In this document: one piece after another, positions 24,449 through 36,797 of the stretch
Layout of the letters: every line of letters begins with the position of its first letter
How positions within the stretch are numbered: position 1 is the stretch's first letter
Source: Utricularia gibba
Taxonomy: Eukaryota > Plantae > Magnoliophyta
Reading direction: 5' to 3'
Assembly (NCBI GenBank): GCA_002189035.1
Contig: NEEC01000015.1
Coordinates: forward strand, 2,170,001-2,234,000
DNA length: 64,000 nucleotides
Program-made: the position numbers and the translations under genes
Notes under the pieces: generated by a model
Told to the model about the DNA's origin: nothing
What the model saw: the letters and a program-made list of their open reading frames with translations, nothing else
Databases searched by the model: none

Positions 24449-25955
24449 ATGGCGAATTTGCAAGGTCGCTGGAGATTTCGGCATCATTCTTCCTTGTTGC
24501 GCCCGGAGCTTCGAGTAGGAAATCTCTTAGTCGCAGGCCTTCTTTGTCCTTCGCCCGATTCATGGCCGCTAGACTCGGTCTCACGGCCTCGCCATTTCAA
24601 GGTTATCTCGGCAGGTAAAATTGCTTACTTGGCGAAACTCGCACCTTGTGTTCTGAAAAATCAACGGGAGATTGAGAAGAATGTCTACTTGTTGACTAAG
24701 GAAAAGCGCATGGATGAAGCTGGACCCAAATGCGAAGAAGGCTAATCTTTCTGCCAGAAAGAAGGAGAGAATGAAGATTCCTAGTTACGGTGATGTTGCG
24801 GGAAGAAAGGGGGAGTTTCAGTTGAAGGACTTTTTCAGTCATCCCCGTGGAATTGAAGCGGTTTTGAACACTGGGGCTTTACAGAGCTATCATTCGCTCG
24901 ATACCAATTTGTACAGGTAGTGTTTCGATATTGTACTGGAGTTATCAGCCTTGGGCCCCTGATGTTTATCGAGCTCTGTTGTATTTTCTGCTTTTGGTGA
25001 AGAGGGTACTAGCAGCACCATGGTATTGCTGTATTTATCCGTTTCTAACATCTAATTATGAGCTGCGTGAAGGTGTGTGCTCCCTCAACTTCAGCTCCTC
25101 AACTTCAAGGTCTCCCCAGTTTTGGACTTGCGCGTGGTTACAACCGATGAAGATTGTGTGGTAGAGATGCTTTCTTGCAAGGTGATTCTTGATATTTCGA
25201 CCTCTATCCTTTCTTGAGGCTTCCTTGTGATTATCTTGTTTCTATTGAGAATGTCCGAATTCCAATGAACTTCAGTATAAATCTTACTTCAAGTATGATC
25301 TTTCTGTCCTGATGATCTGTACAAAATAAAAAAAGTCCTTGAAGAGAACATGGTTTAGTTTCAGGGCTCTGAGGAAGTGAACCAGCAGAATGAGCACTTC
25401 TCAGGTAGTTTACTGCCTTCTCATTATCTCCTGAATCCATTTTATCAGTTTCAAAATTTGGGGCTTTGAGTTATGCAGCTTCAATGCGGAACCATATAAA
25501 GTGGAAAACTATTGATGCTCAACAGTATTTAGACATTGATGTAAGCTTGGATCTTGTTCTGGAGGTCAGTCTTTTGCATCAGTGGCTCTAAGTGATCTCC
25601 ATACGAGAGTTTTATTGTTGCTGATTCTCATGCAGATCTATACACTTCCATTCACCTTGATGCCCATATCGGCTGTCGAGCGTCCAGGAATCTGTGAGTA
25701 ATCCAGGATTCAATTCATAAGTCAAACCAAAATCTGTGAATCTCTTCTGAAACTTGCTGCAGAACAAGTCCAATGATTTACCTGAACCCTGAGCAATGTA
25801 TTGTGTTTGCATATCCCAGAATGATGCAAGTGCTTGTCGACCGGCTGGTTCCATTGCTCACCCAACAACTGCTGCAGCATTATGAGGAATGGATTCAGCT
25901 ACAAACACAGACCGGGCGAACTCTACCGTCCATACGAGATGATCTTTCCATATGA
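24449..25955 (+). CDS. DUF1997 family plastid-targeted protein, multi-exon
   Basis: Transit-like N-terminus, KKANLSARKKERMKIP..FFSHPRGIEAVLNTGALQSY and C-terminal QVLVDRLVPLLTQQLLQHYEEWI. Confidence 0.75.
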
Positions 25956-26259
25956 TGTCTCAATGTCTGTGCATCATACATGACATTCTCATAAAACTTG
26001 GAACATTTGATGAAAGATGAAGTTATTCTTTAAGTCATCACTTAATAGTCTAAAATGATTGTATCTTGGGTTTCCCCATGCTGGTAAGGCGCTTTGGTTG
26101 TCTTTGTCAAATGGTTCCGTGCACAAGAGTGAAATGGAGAAGATAGATAACCGGGACTCCTTTGATTAGCATTATCATAATGTCACTGATATGGTAAAAA
26201 CATGGAGTTTCATAACAACCATCTTTGCTTCTGAAGATGATCACCATGAGCTGCAGCAG

Positions 26260-27169
26260 CTACTCAATCACTGCAGCAACTTTGCTACCAGTTTCTTCCA
26301 GGTAATCTTCACGGGCATTATCGGCAAGCATCAAGGCAACCAACCAAAAAGGCAAGAATCGAGCGAGAGAAATGCTCCTCCTCCAAGAACGCCTGTTTTC
26401 GCTGTTGGGCAAGCGGTCTCCAGGTTGTGATGAATGTTGCGAACCTGGTGGAGTTGCTCTGTCACTGTAGGCCATAGAAGCAGGGCTGCTGCTAACCCCG
26501 TTGTTGCCCTTTACCAAATACATGCGAAGTCAAGAACGAGCAACAAAACACACATCATGAACAGGGAGAAAACTCTGCTACAAATCAAAAGCTAAAGCCG
26601 GATCTCCATAAAGCATCATACTTCTTACAAGATAAGTTAAATCCAACTGTTTCCAACAGACACTAATAAGTTTCTGCAAGGAAGATGCACTTACAGGGCG
26701 ATATTCAGAAAGGCAAGAAAACCTTTGTTCCTGAGTAAAATTGCTCTGGGAACAGCCTTCCCTTTGTAGGGATAGAATACAGCGAAGTAGCCAGCCACGG
26801 TTGTGATGGCAAGGAACGCAGTGGACAAGTATCCCAGCACGACAGTGGGATCAGATGGATACTTGCATATCACCACATCGTTCCCGGGGATCGCAATACC
26901 CTCTGCAGGCTGCAAAAAAACGACAACAAAATCACAAGGCTTCTTAAGAAGTTCACTTTTTAGAATATTCGATACCGGTTTCACTATCAAAGGCAAACTT
27001 TGGACACCAAAAATTAAAAAAAAAAAAAAGGAACCGCAGAAACCACCGTAGGCAAATCCAACAAGGAAAAAGGGGCGACCTTTTTGTTTTCAGCGATGAT
27101 CCCGAGAATAAAGGATATTACTCCAAGGATTCCCACGATCATAGCCATCCGCTTGATAGTAAGCGCCAT
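26260..27169 (-). CDS. DUF1218 family membrane protein (3 exons)
   Basis: GILGVISFILGIIAENKK|P, ICKYPSDPTVVLGYLS, FYPYKGKAVP and CPTAKTGVLGGGAFLSLDSCLF(W)LVALMLADNAREDY. Needs +1 base in the A5 run at 26346-26350. Confidence 0.87.
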
Positions 27170-27902
27170 CGCTGCCACGCCCAACTGCGAGAAATTCACA
27201 AAAAAAAATCAGTGAACCCCATACTAAACCCTAGGAAAAGAGATCCAGATTAAGAGGATCATCGTCATCATCATCTTCGTTAATTCCCGATTTTCATACC
27301 GAAAAACAGGAAAAGGCACAGGGCTCGATTGCACAAGAATTACCAGAAAAAATTACATTAATACTAACCAGTGATGGAATCGAATCTCCCCTCTGCCCAA
27401 AAATTCAAACTGCTACTAACAGTAGATCCGACGACGAGATATGCGGATGAGAACTGACCCAGCAGACCGCTGACTTTCCATAGTTACTGCAGATTTGGAA
27501 AAATCTCCACAACCTTTTTTTTTCTTTTTTTTTGTTTTAAATGATTGGTATCCTCCAAACCCGGATCCGATTCTGAACGAATCGACCCTGACATGTCAGA
27601 GAATATTCCTTGTTTTTTAATACAAAATAACAATCATGTACTGCATCTATTATTAAAATATTTAACACAATATTGGTAATAATATCACATTTTTGAATTA
27701 TTTACAGCATCAAAATCATGTATTACAATATTGCTAAATATAATATTTTTTAAAAAAAACACTTTTAAATTATATATTACAAGGCGCATCCAGGAGCGTA
27801 TAGATAAATACCGGCTGCCAGGGCCACCGGTTCAAGATATTGGTCGGCTCTGCAAATTATTTGCTCGCTTGACTTTCAAGTCTGCCCCTTGAGGTCTGAT
27901 CC

Positions 27903-29210
27903 ATGACGAAAGCCGGCAGCTCGCCCTCCGATTCCGGCGACGACTTTATTGCCAAGCTCACCGCCGGTAAGTGCGCTGTCACCGCAAACAGCCGTCTGCT
28001 CTCCCGGGGAGTCATTAGATGGGCGGCGGGGCTCCTAGTTGCGACTTCTCTTATCATCGTTCTTACAATATCATTCGACGGTCGCAAGCCATCGCCGGTC
28101 GGACCATTGCCGGAATCTTGTCAGACGCAGACAAGTCATTTTTTTCCGGTAAGATTAAATTATATGGATGATTTATTTTTGTAATATTAATATTATTAAA
28201 TTATTCCAAAAAAATCCCCATCTGATGTGTTTGTACGAGAATGGTGGTAGTTAAAAAAATGAAAATATGTTTATGACGTCATTATTTGTAGGAAGGGATA
28301 GATAGGTCGGAGTTGAAGAAGACGCTGGAGAAGGCGGCAATGGAGGACAAGAGGACTGTGATAATCACGACGGTAAACTCAGCGTGGATGGCTCCGAATT
28401 CCATCTTCGATCTCTTTCTAGAGAGCTTTCGAAACGGAGATCAAACTCCCCAGCTTCTGAAGCACTTGCTCGTCGTGGCCTTGGACACGAATGCCTACTC
28501 CCGTTGCGTGGACGCGAATCTCCATTGCTACGCTCTGAGCACTCCCGGCGTAGATTTCTCCGGGGAGAAGGATTTCATGACCGGAGATTACCTGAAGATG
28601 ATGTGGAGACGCATCGAATTCCTGCGCGTCGTGCTCGAATTAGGACACCACTTCGTCTTCACCGTAATGAGATATATCTTTTTTTTATTGTGTTTGATTC
28701 TGGGAATGAATGAAGGAATGTGAGATGATGGAATCATGCTGTGTCAGGATGCAGATGTGATGTGGTTGCGGAACCCATTCCCCAGATTCTTCCCAGCTTA
28801 CGATTTCCAAATAGCGTGCGACTACTACCAGTACGGCCCCGAGGATCGGAGAAACCCCCCAACGGCGGATTCGTGCACGTCCGATCAAGCGACAGGACGG
28901 TACGGTTCTACGATTTCTGGTACCAGGCTCAAGAGTACTTCCCAGGTAAGCATGACCAGGATGTTCTCAACATGATCAAATTCGCCCCTTCATCGACCGG
29001 GTTGGGTTGACGATGCGGTTCCTGGAGACGGCGTACTTCGGCGGGTTCTGCCAGCCCAGCCGCGATCTGAACCAGGTGGTCACCATGCACGCCAACTGCT
29101 GCATCGGGTTGGAGAATAAGGTCCACGATATCAAAATGGTGATTGATGATTGGAAGCGCTACCGGAACAGCAGCGACGCATCCTGGACGATGCCCAGAAA
29201 ATGCGGCTGA
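27903..29210 (+). CDS. Nucleotide-diphospho-sugar transferase family protein (GT77-like), copy 1
   Basis: Type-II TM anchor, LEKAAMEDKRTVIITTVNSAW, YLKMMWRRIEFL, FVFT|DADVMWLRNPF, NGGF, HDQDVLN and TMHANCCIGLENKVHD. Apparent -1 indels at 28855-28860 and 28985-28988. Confidence 0.9.
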
Positions 29211-30491
29211 AACATGACATGATGCCATCGTCTTTCAAAATACCGATGCTGTTGTGCATACTATTGTGAATTACATCACAGTAAACATATTTTCAACACC
29301 CTTTTCATACGTAAGTCTTTTTAATTAATTGATTTGTTACATATATTCTAAATAATTTTACCAAATTTCATAATCATTTTAAATATTTTTTTTTATTAAT
29401 TAAACTATAATATGTAGATGTTCCCACGCATATTTCATTCTAGAGAGAATTTATTCAAGACCGTTTGATATGAGTAGTAGTAGTATATATATATATACGT
29501 ATATTATTTATATAATTAGCCTCTTTGACCTTTGTGTATGTCATATACATGTTCAAAAAAATAATTATATTAATGATATAGTTGCACCAAACTATCATAG
29601 ACACACTAATTAATTAAACAATGATCTATGTGTAAACTTAAGTATACATTTTTTATACTATAGTATAAAATACCCTATTTTACTTACATACCTAGTGGAT
29701 ACAAGTGGTGGTTGGATTTGGGTAGTTGAATTACATACGTAGACACGGTGCCGCGTGCAAGATGAGACCCCTCCACACCCTAACCCTAACCCTACGCTTA
29801 GTATAAACCACTCTCATTTAATGTCGTTACGCACTATTTGCCTATACTAACAAGAAATCCAAACTTAAAATACGTTTTTCAGTTTCGTTATGGATTTGGT
29901 TTGGATCAAATTCAATATTTTTTAATTCTATTTTAAATTATTTGAAAATATTATTTAAACTATGATTGCATTTGATTTTGAGAAATCGATATGTTAAATG
30001 GGAAAGGGGTGTCTTTAAATAAAAAATATATTAATATTATATTTTATTTGATACATATAAAATATATATTGAGTATCAATTTTCTTGAACAACTTGAGAA
30101 GAATTTTACGCGAGGAAGAATTTTTTGGAAGAATAAAAATGATCGAAAATGAGATAAAAAAATTATGAAAATAAAATTATCTTAATGTCATATTAACAAA
30201 GGGTCTACTTGAATCCTTTGGAAAAAAAAAGAAAAAGAAATAAATAAAATGGGAATATTTATTGATTTCTATTCAAATTTGTGGATTACGGGGATTTATT
30301 ATATTCATTTAATATCTGGAATTAGGGTACATCTGGTTGACGCTCCGCTCCATGCAGCAAGCTCCCCTCCCGCTCTATTGCTTGTATAATTCAGTGTGTC
30401 CCCCTCTTTATTGATTGGCCAGGCTCTGAGGGTGCATAAATGAGGACTCCAGGGGTGCCATGGATGCTCCATCTTGCTCCAAAGAACTGAA

Positions 30492-31763
30492 ATGGCGTCG
30501 GTTATTAGCAGCTCCGACGACAAGTGCGGCGGAGATCGGAGTAGGACGAGCAACGACAGCAGCCTTCTCCGTGGGACAACCGCCACGGGATTGATTACGG
30601 TGATGCTGGTAGTCGCCACCACCGCCCTGGTTTTCTGCATAAGGAAATGGGAGTATGATCCGCACCAGCTATTTGCTGGATCTTATTCGGTTCCATGTCA
30701 TGGCACCTGGATGGAGGTAAGGTTACGTCTGCTGATAACAGGCATGAATGCATGATGATGAATCTATAATAACGCATTTTCGTGTGGTGTGGGCTTAGGA
30801 GGACGGCGAGACCTTGGAGCTGAGGAATACATTGGAGAAGGCTGCAATGGCGGACGGAAAGACAGTGATAATAACGACTGTAAACGCAGCATGGATGGCT
30901 CCGGACTCAGTTTTTGGTCTGTTTCTTGAGAGTTTTCGAATCGGGAATGGGACTCAGCATCTCTTGAGGCATTTGGTCGTCGTGGCGTTAGACCCTATTG
31001 CCTACCTCCGTTGCATGAATCTGGATGCAGGCCTCCATTGCTACGAGCTCACCACCGCCGGCGTTAACTTCTCCGATCAGAAGGGCTTCATGACCGGAGA
31101 TTACCTCAAGATGATGTGGAGACGGATTCTGTTTCTCAGCCAAGTACTGGAATTGGGCTACGATTTCGTCTTCACGGTAACGCACTTTCGGAAAATCGAT
31201 TTTTAGAAGTTAATTATAACTTATAATAAAATTGATTTTTAAATATTTTTAATATAAACGTGTAAAATATGTCAATTTATAATATTTTAATAATTTCAGG
31301 ACGCAGATGTGATGTGGTTCCGGAATCCGTTCCCGAGATTCTTCCCGGACGGTGACATCCAGATCGCGTGTGACAACTACGGCTACAACTCCACCGACCG
31401 GAGAAACTTTCCCAACGGCGGATTCGTCTACGTCCGATCGAGCGGAAAGACGGCGGAGTTCTACAAGTTCTGGTACACCGGAAGAGAATACTTTCCAGAC
31501 AAGCACGATCAAGACGTGCTGAACGCGATCAAGCTCAACCCTTTCGTGGACCGGGTGGGGTTAAGGATGCTGTTCTTGGAAACCGCCCAGTTCGGGGGGT
31601 TTTGCCAATCCGGCAAGGATCTTGACAAGGTGGTGACGATGCATGCGAACTGCTGCGTAGGCCTGGAAAACAAGATCCACGATCTCCGGATGGTGATCAC
31701 CGATTGGAAGGGTACGCCAACGGGACCCTCACGGCGTGGACGGTGCCCAGGAGCTGTGGGTAA
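30492..31763 (+). CDS. Nucleotide-diphospho-sugar transferase family protein (GT77-like), copy 2 (tandem paralogue)
   Basis: Same 3-exon layout and motifs (TVIITTVNAAW, YLKMMWRRILFL, DADVMWFRNPF, FPNGGFVYV, HDQDVLN, TMHANCCVGLENKIHDL). By alignment to copy 1 the true end is WTVPRSCG* at 31763, with a -1 indel at 31710-31712. Confidence 0.9.
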
Positions 31764-31969
31764 CTCCGGTGTAGAAGGACTTCAGTGAGAGCTTATCAAA
31801 ATAATAATCTTTCGTTTCTTTTTTTCAATTCGCCAAAATACAGACACTACATGGCAGGGATGACACTGATAATGACTGATACAAAGGGATTTTGTGCGTT
31901 CGAATTGGAAGTCACTTACAGAGGTGGATTGGATCCATCCGTAGGGAAGAGTGTACGGTTGTTCCATTC

Positions 31970-32970
31970 TCACTGGTCCCCTTTCGTGCAATGCTGGTCT
32001 CCACCGTGTCGCGTGCAGCTCCTGTAGCCCAAGGCATGGAGGAAGCTACGGATCTCACCGGAGCTGGAGTTGGTGGACTGCATCATCTCATGGTGTGCAT
32101 AGATCAGGTAAGGAGCGTCTTTTTTCCTGGATAGCAGCTTCTTGGCGCCCTTCAAGACACGATACTCCCGCCCTCGAGCATCCACTTTGAGGATGAGCAC
32201 CGGATCCGGGGTCTCTCCGATGACCTCGTCCAGTGTTACCGACGTGGCATTGGACGCCATCGCTTTGTTCCACTTCATCTTCGCTCCGACTGAGGTCTTG
32301 TCAAGTTCGCCGATCGTCTGCGTTTTGGAATTAATTGTCTTTGGTTTACAAAAAAATATTAAAAGACGTTTGATTGAGAAGGAAAGTTGAATACCTCGTT
32401 CCCTGAGCCGTCGGAAACCACAGCCTGAAAAACTGTCACCAACTTCCGAAACCGATTCAGATGAATCCCCTCGCAGATCTTCATCACATTTCCCGTAACA
32501 GGCTCAAAAGCCAGCACCTTAAACCCCATAACCGCAGCAGAAAAGCTAACGATTCCATCATTCGCACCCACATCTACCACAATGCCTCCTCTTTTCTCAG
32601 CCCCCATCTTCCCTAACAGCGTCTGCACTGCCATCGACACATCGGGCCTCATGATGGGTACCGGCTTACGCGGAGGCGCGTCGGACACGTTCCGGGTGTC
32701 GCCCACGGGGTAAAGGAACGGGAACTTGAGGCCCTGGACAGTGGCCGCCGCAAGGGGACTGGCGCGGCGGAATTGTTTACATTTGACTGCTTTGATGGGT
32801 TTGGAGAAGGTTTGGTTTTGCTTACGGGGATTGAAGTTTGGCAGCGGGGACAAGGTTGAAAGATAGATGAAGAGTAAGAGGAGGACAAAGGTAGAGACGA
32901 AGAGGAACAAGTTTTTTGCACTGAATGCTACACTGGAGTGGCTGTGTTGTGTCCTCCATGGATAAGCCAT
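31970..32970 (-). CDS. FkbM-type (Methyltransf_21) SAM-dependent methyltransferase, type-II membrane protein (2 exons)
   Basis: N-terminal TM, LKFPFLY, SAM-binding VVDVGANDG..AAVMGFKVLAFEP; exon 2 has TLDEVI..VLILKVD..EYRVLKGAKKLL..APYLIY and C-terminal CTRHGGDQHCTK. Confidence 0.82.
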
Positions 32971-33930
32971 TATGAGCTCACAGGGGGGATTGTTCCTCGG
33001 GAAAACGGAAGGAAAATTATATTTATTCTTGGAATGCTCGTGAGTCAACGCTGAACAGCCACTTACGGCACTGATGCTCCATTAATAAGCATTAAACAAC
33101 TCCAAACTCAATTATCCAGTCTGCAACCTCATTGGAGATCATAAAAGAAAAATACAAAAACTGCTGACCTTGAGACAAGCCTTCGCCTTCGCCTTGTAGC
33201 TGCAACAGCGGGAGACGATTACATTAATAGAGCTAAATGAAATGGAAGTCAAACGTAGAGCTAGAGAAGCCATGTGATATCTATGGATATAAATGCATAG
33301 AATCTAAGGCCTCAGGATGGTGAAGAGTGATTGGAAGAGGTTTACTGTACTGCATAGCCTACAGGGAGGCTCTCATGGGGAAAGTAAAATGGTACCTTGT
33401 TCTTTGCATTCCCCACACATGGTTCAATCCTCTGGTTGTATTCAAATAAATTGCGGGCCAGTCAATGAGGATTTCTACTTGATTCCAGGATTCTCAGATG
33501 CATATGATCACCACATTTGCATGGTAATAAGGGAATTTAAGACAATAGATGAATCGGCAATGCCTGGATAAGAAGTCCCCGGGAGGTAAATGAGAAATTC
33601 AACGGTTCACACTTGGTCATCAGAACCATATGATGATTCCCCAAATGACGAGTTCCGTTTCCTCATTTCTTCATAAGCAAATCCAAGGCCGCTATTTAGA
33701 TATTTACACTTGCAAATATAAATAAGACGTGTGGATAGATATTAACATTAAACTACGTATACTTAGAGGCCAGATTATTTATATCTAAGCATCCCAAGAA
33801 ACGAAGACATGGACACAAGGGGAAGCAGGTGAAGGTGTTCTACATTTCACTTTTATACAGAAACGCGTTCAATTCAAGCTAGAGTTGCATTGAAATGAGA
33901 TGCAAGGTATAGCGCAGGTGCAAGAATCAG

Positions 33931-35016
33931 CTACTGTGAGTTGCTTGGAGGGTTGTCTTTGGGATGCTTGGAGCCGTAATGATCAACAAGCTGATTTTGA
34001 TTTGCTAACTGGACCTGAAAACCATAAGAAAAGAGTAACTTAGCACGAGTACAGAGTTGCCACAAGTGTGATGTGCTCGGAAGAGTTGAGAAGAAGAGCC
34101 ACAGGGACAAGCTACAAGCAACCAACGCCATCTACGATGCATAGATGTGTTATGTGACCAAGTAAAGTTCATGATTTAGAGAAACGGAGTGCTATACCAA
34201 GATGGGATTCAGAAAATATAAATCTAGAGCTACTACGTACGTCCCAAGATTTGAATGCGATGGAAAAAAAGCTATAAGAACCACTCAAAAACCAGGCCGA
34301 AGAAGTCCAAATGCATTTTGAGACTTTGCACGGGCGATTCATGAACACAGGGCAACAAATAAGCAGGAATGAACAATGAAAATATGCATATTATCCATCA
34401 GTTCTCACAGGACATGAGTGAAGCTGGAATGAAATTGTTGTGAGTAATAGCCTTAGCTTGTACTTCAGGTGATTTTCACCACAAAGTAAGCAGAAAAAAA
34501 TGGACCATAATGAGGGAGGATCTGGTTCAACTAAAGACGAAAAACTGGCACGAGCTTATCAATGAAAACCAAGAAAACGACGAACGCATAAAAAATAAAA
34601 CACCCAAGTGGAATCACAGGAAACCCACTAAGCCAAAGACGCCAAGAAACAAAAAACAGAGAAGTGGAGTAATAGCCTTAGCTTGTACTTCATGTGATTT
34701 TCACCACAAAGTAAGCGGAACAAAATGGACCATAATGAGAGAGGAACTGCTTCAACTAAAGACGAAAAACTAGGACAAGATTATCAATGAAAACCAAGAA
34801 AACGACGAACGCGTCAATAATAAAACACCCAAATGGAATCACAGGAAACCCATCAAGCCAAAGACGCCAAGAAACGAAAAACAGTGAAATTACTTTACAA
34901 ATGGGGCAAACAACTTTCAACCCAACAGCGCGAGCCTCCAGCTGCGACCCTTTGGACTTCTGATTCTTCTCCGCATTCTTTCTCTGCGCCTCGATCTTCT
35001 GCTTCCCTCTCGTCAT
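33931..35016 (-). CDS. Small SERF/4F5-like + C2H2 zinc-finger protein (ZNF706-like), 2 exons
   Basis: MTRGKQKIEAQRKNAEKNQKSKGSQLEARAVGLKVVCPICK|VQLANQNQLVDHYGSKHPKDNPPSNSQ*. C-x2-C...H-x4-H spans the intron; GT donor at 34893. Confidence 0.85.
34442..34890. repeat. Tandem duplication of about 225 bp within the zinc-finger gene intron
   Basis: GAGTAATAGCCTTAGCTTGTACTTC...AAGCCAAAGACGCCAAGAAAC starts at 34442 and again at 34667, with scattered substitutions. Confidence 0.92.
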
Positions 35017-36797
35017 CCTCCCAAAACTCACTCCCCTCCTGCAACCCCTTTCCTCGCTTTTTCTCTCGATTTATCGGCGTTGTCCGCCCGACCCGCCAAC
35101 CCGGGTCCGGGTTTGTCCCGCCCCGGTTCCACGTCTCGGGGGGACATTGATATGTCCCTGTGGGGCAGCCCGTAGATGATCACCACCATGATGAAGCACA
35201 TGGATTAGGGCTACCGTGGCATGCATTATTTGGATGATTCATTTAATTACGTTATATAGGAATTTTAGGGACACCGTGACCGATTTGTCCCGATTGCGAC
35301 CATTCGAGTCCACTTGTCCTTTTCTGTCCAGTTGAATCATGTTATTAAGGGAACTCCATCCATCACCTAGGGAATAAAAATAGAAACACAAGAGCCATTT
35401 TCCCCTGCTTCGCGTCCATAATTAGACTCGTGGACTCAAAAAATTTAATTCACGATGATTGGGGCGGCAGTCACGGTAAATACGGTGCCCTAATGTAATA
35501 AATACGCATTAAAAGTGATTTTGTAAAATTAATTAATATGAGTTAACTGAGTATCTGAAGTAGAGGTTACAATGGATCCCGTCGGGGCAGGGGAGGGAGG
35601 GTAGGGTGCACGCGCCATCGTGTTCTGAGATGAGGATCCAGTTTGTAGGGTAGGAATTGAGGACGGCACCGGCACGGGACGGAACGGGGCGTCGGTCGCA
35701 CGAGCGGGGCTGGCGTGTTCGCACGTGCCGGGGCTTACAGGGTGTATTTATCTGCTACTTGCAGCGAAATGATTCTCTCTGATTGATTTATCTTGCGGAT
35801 TAATCCTGCTAAGCCTTCGCCCTACTCCGTCGCTCTCCCGTTTCTACTGCGCACGCATACAAACACCGTGTGTGCGTATGCATGATGCTGGAGAGAGAAA
35901 CGCGCCGAGGGGACCTCAAATTTTTGTTGCCATTACGCTGTTTTACAGCTCAACTCTCAATTTCATTGTCTATCTGTCTTATCGCTCTTTCTTGAGCTCA
36001 AATTTGTTCGGATCAAATCTGCGAACCTTGGGTACGTTTTTGTGTTTCTCAATTTTTTTTTCCTGGGAATCGGAAATGGTCACAATCGCAACATTCTGGG
36101 TTTGGAGTTAATTATTTGAAATACATTTGCTACTCTTGTGCGGGATTTTGCTTGGGCTTAGGCAGTTTGTGAGCTATTTTACTGTTCTTAGTTTATGGGG
36201 TGTCAAAGAACTATTTTCTTTTTTATCGATGGTATTGGAAATGAGTATGAAATTCGATCAAATTTCTGATGTTGCTGAGCAGGATGATGTTGAGAGGCCC
36301 CTGTTATATTGGGCTTTTCGGAAATAGAAAAAAAAAAAAAAACGTTTTGCTAGTTTTTACTTGCATCTGAGAATATTTGTCTGATTTTTACTTGTTGTCT
36401 TGATATGGAATCGTCGTCTTATTGCTTGTAATCTCCTCAGGAATTGTTTTTTTTTTTTCATGTGCTTGCAGATTCTGCTTCTATTGTCATGCTAGTCTTG
36501 TTATATATTTGTGATTTCCTCTAATTTTTCTAGTGCAGAATCTGGCTGTGGCCTTTTTTTTTGTGTACGTGTGACTCTGTCGTAAATTTGTTTCCATTTA
36601 GCATAGTAGGAAACAGCGTGTGGGTGATTTCTGCTAGTTGTTATGTAATTAACCTAACTGCTGTGAATGTTACAGGAGATATATTTTTTTAGTGCTCGGC
36701 ATAGCATAATTGCTCTGGTTGCCATGTTCTGAATGACTTGGCAGATTTGCGGATCTGATGATTTCTGTGCATCGTATTATGCTTGATGTAAGCTACA

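Noticed and set aside
29778-29794. CCCTAACCCTAACCCTA, a TTAGGG-type telomere-like motif
   Set aside because: Fewer than three units, isolated in an intergenic spacer; not distinguishable from chance or a telo-box-like element.
33050-33900. Spacer with ATGATGA (about 33629) and an 84-aa ORF, considered as a snoRNA or small gene
   Set aside because: No suitably placed CTGA or terminal stem and no recognisable peptide; probably the 3' UTR of the zinc-finger gene and the promoter of the methyltransferase.
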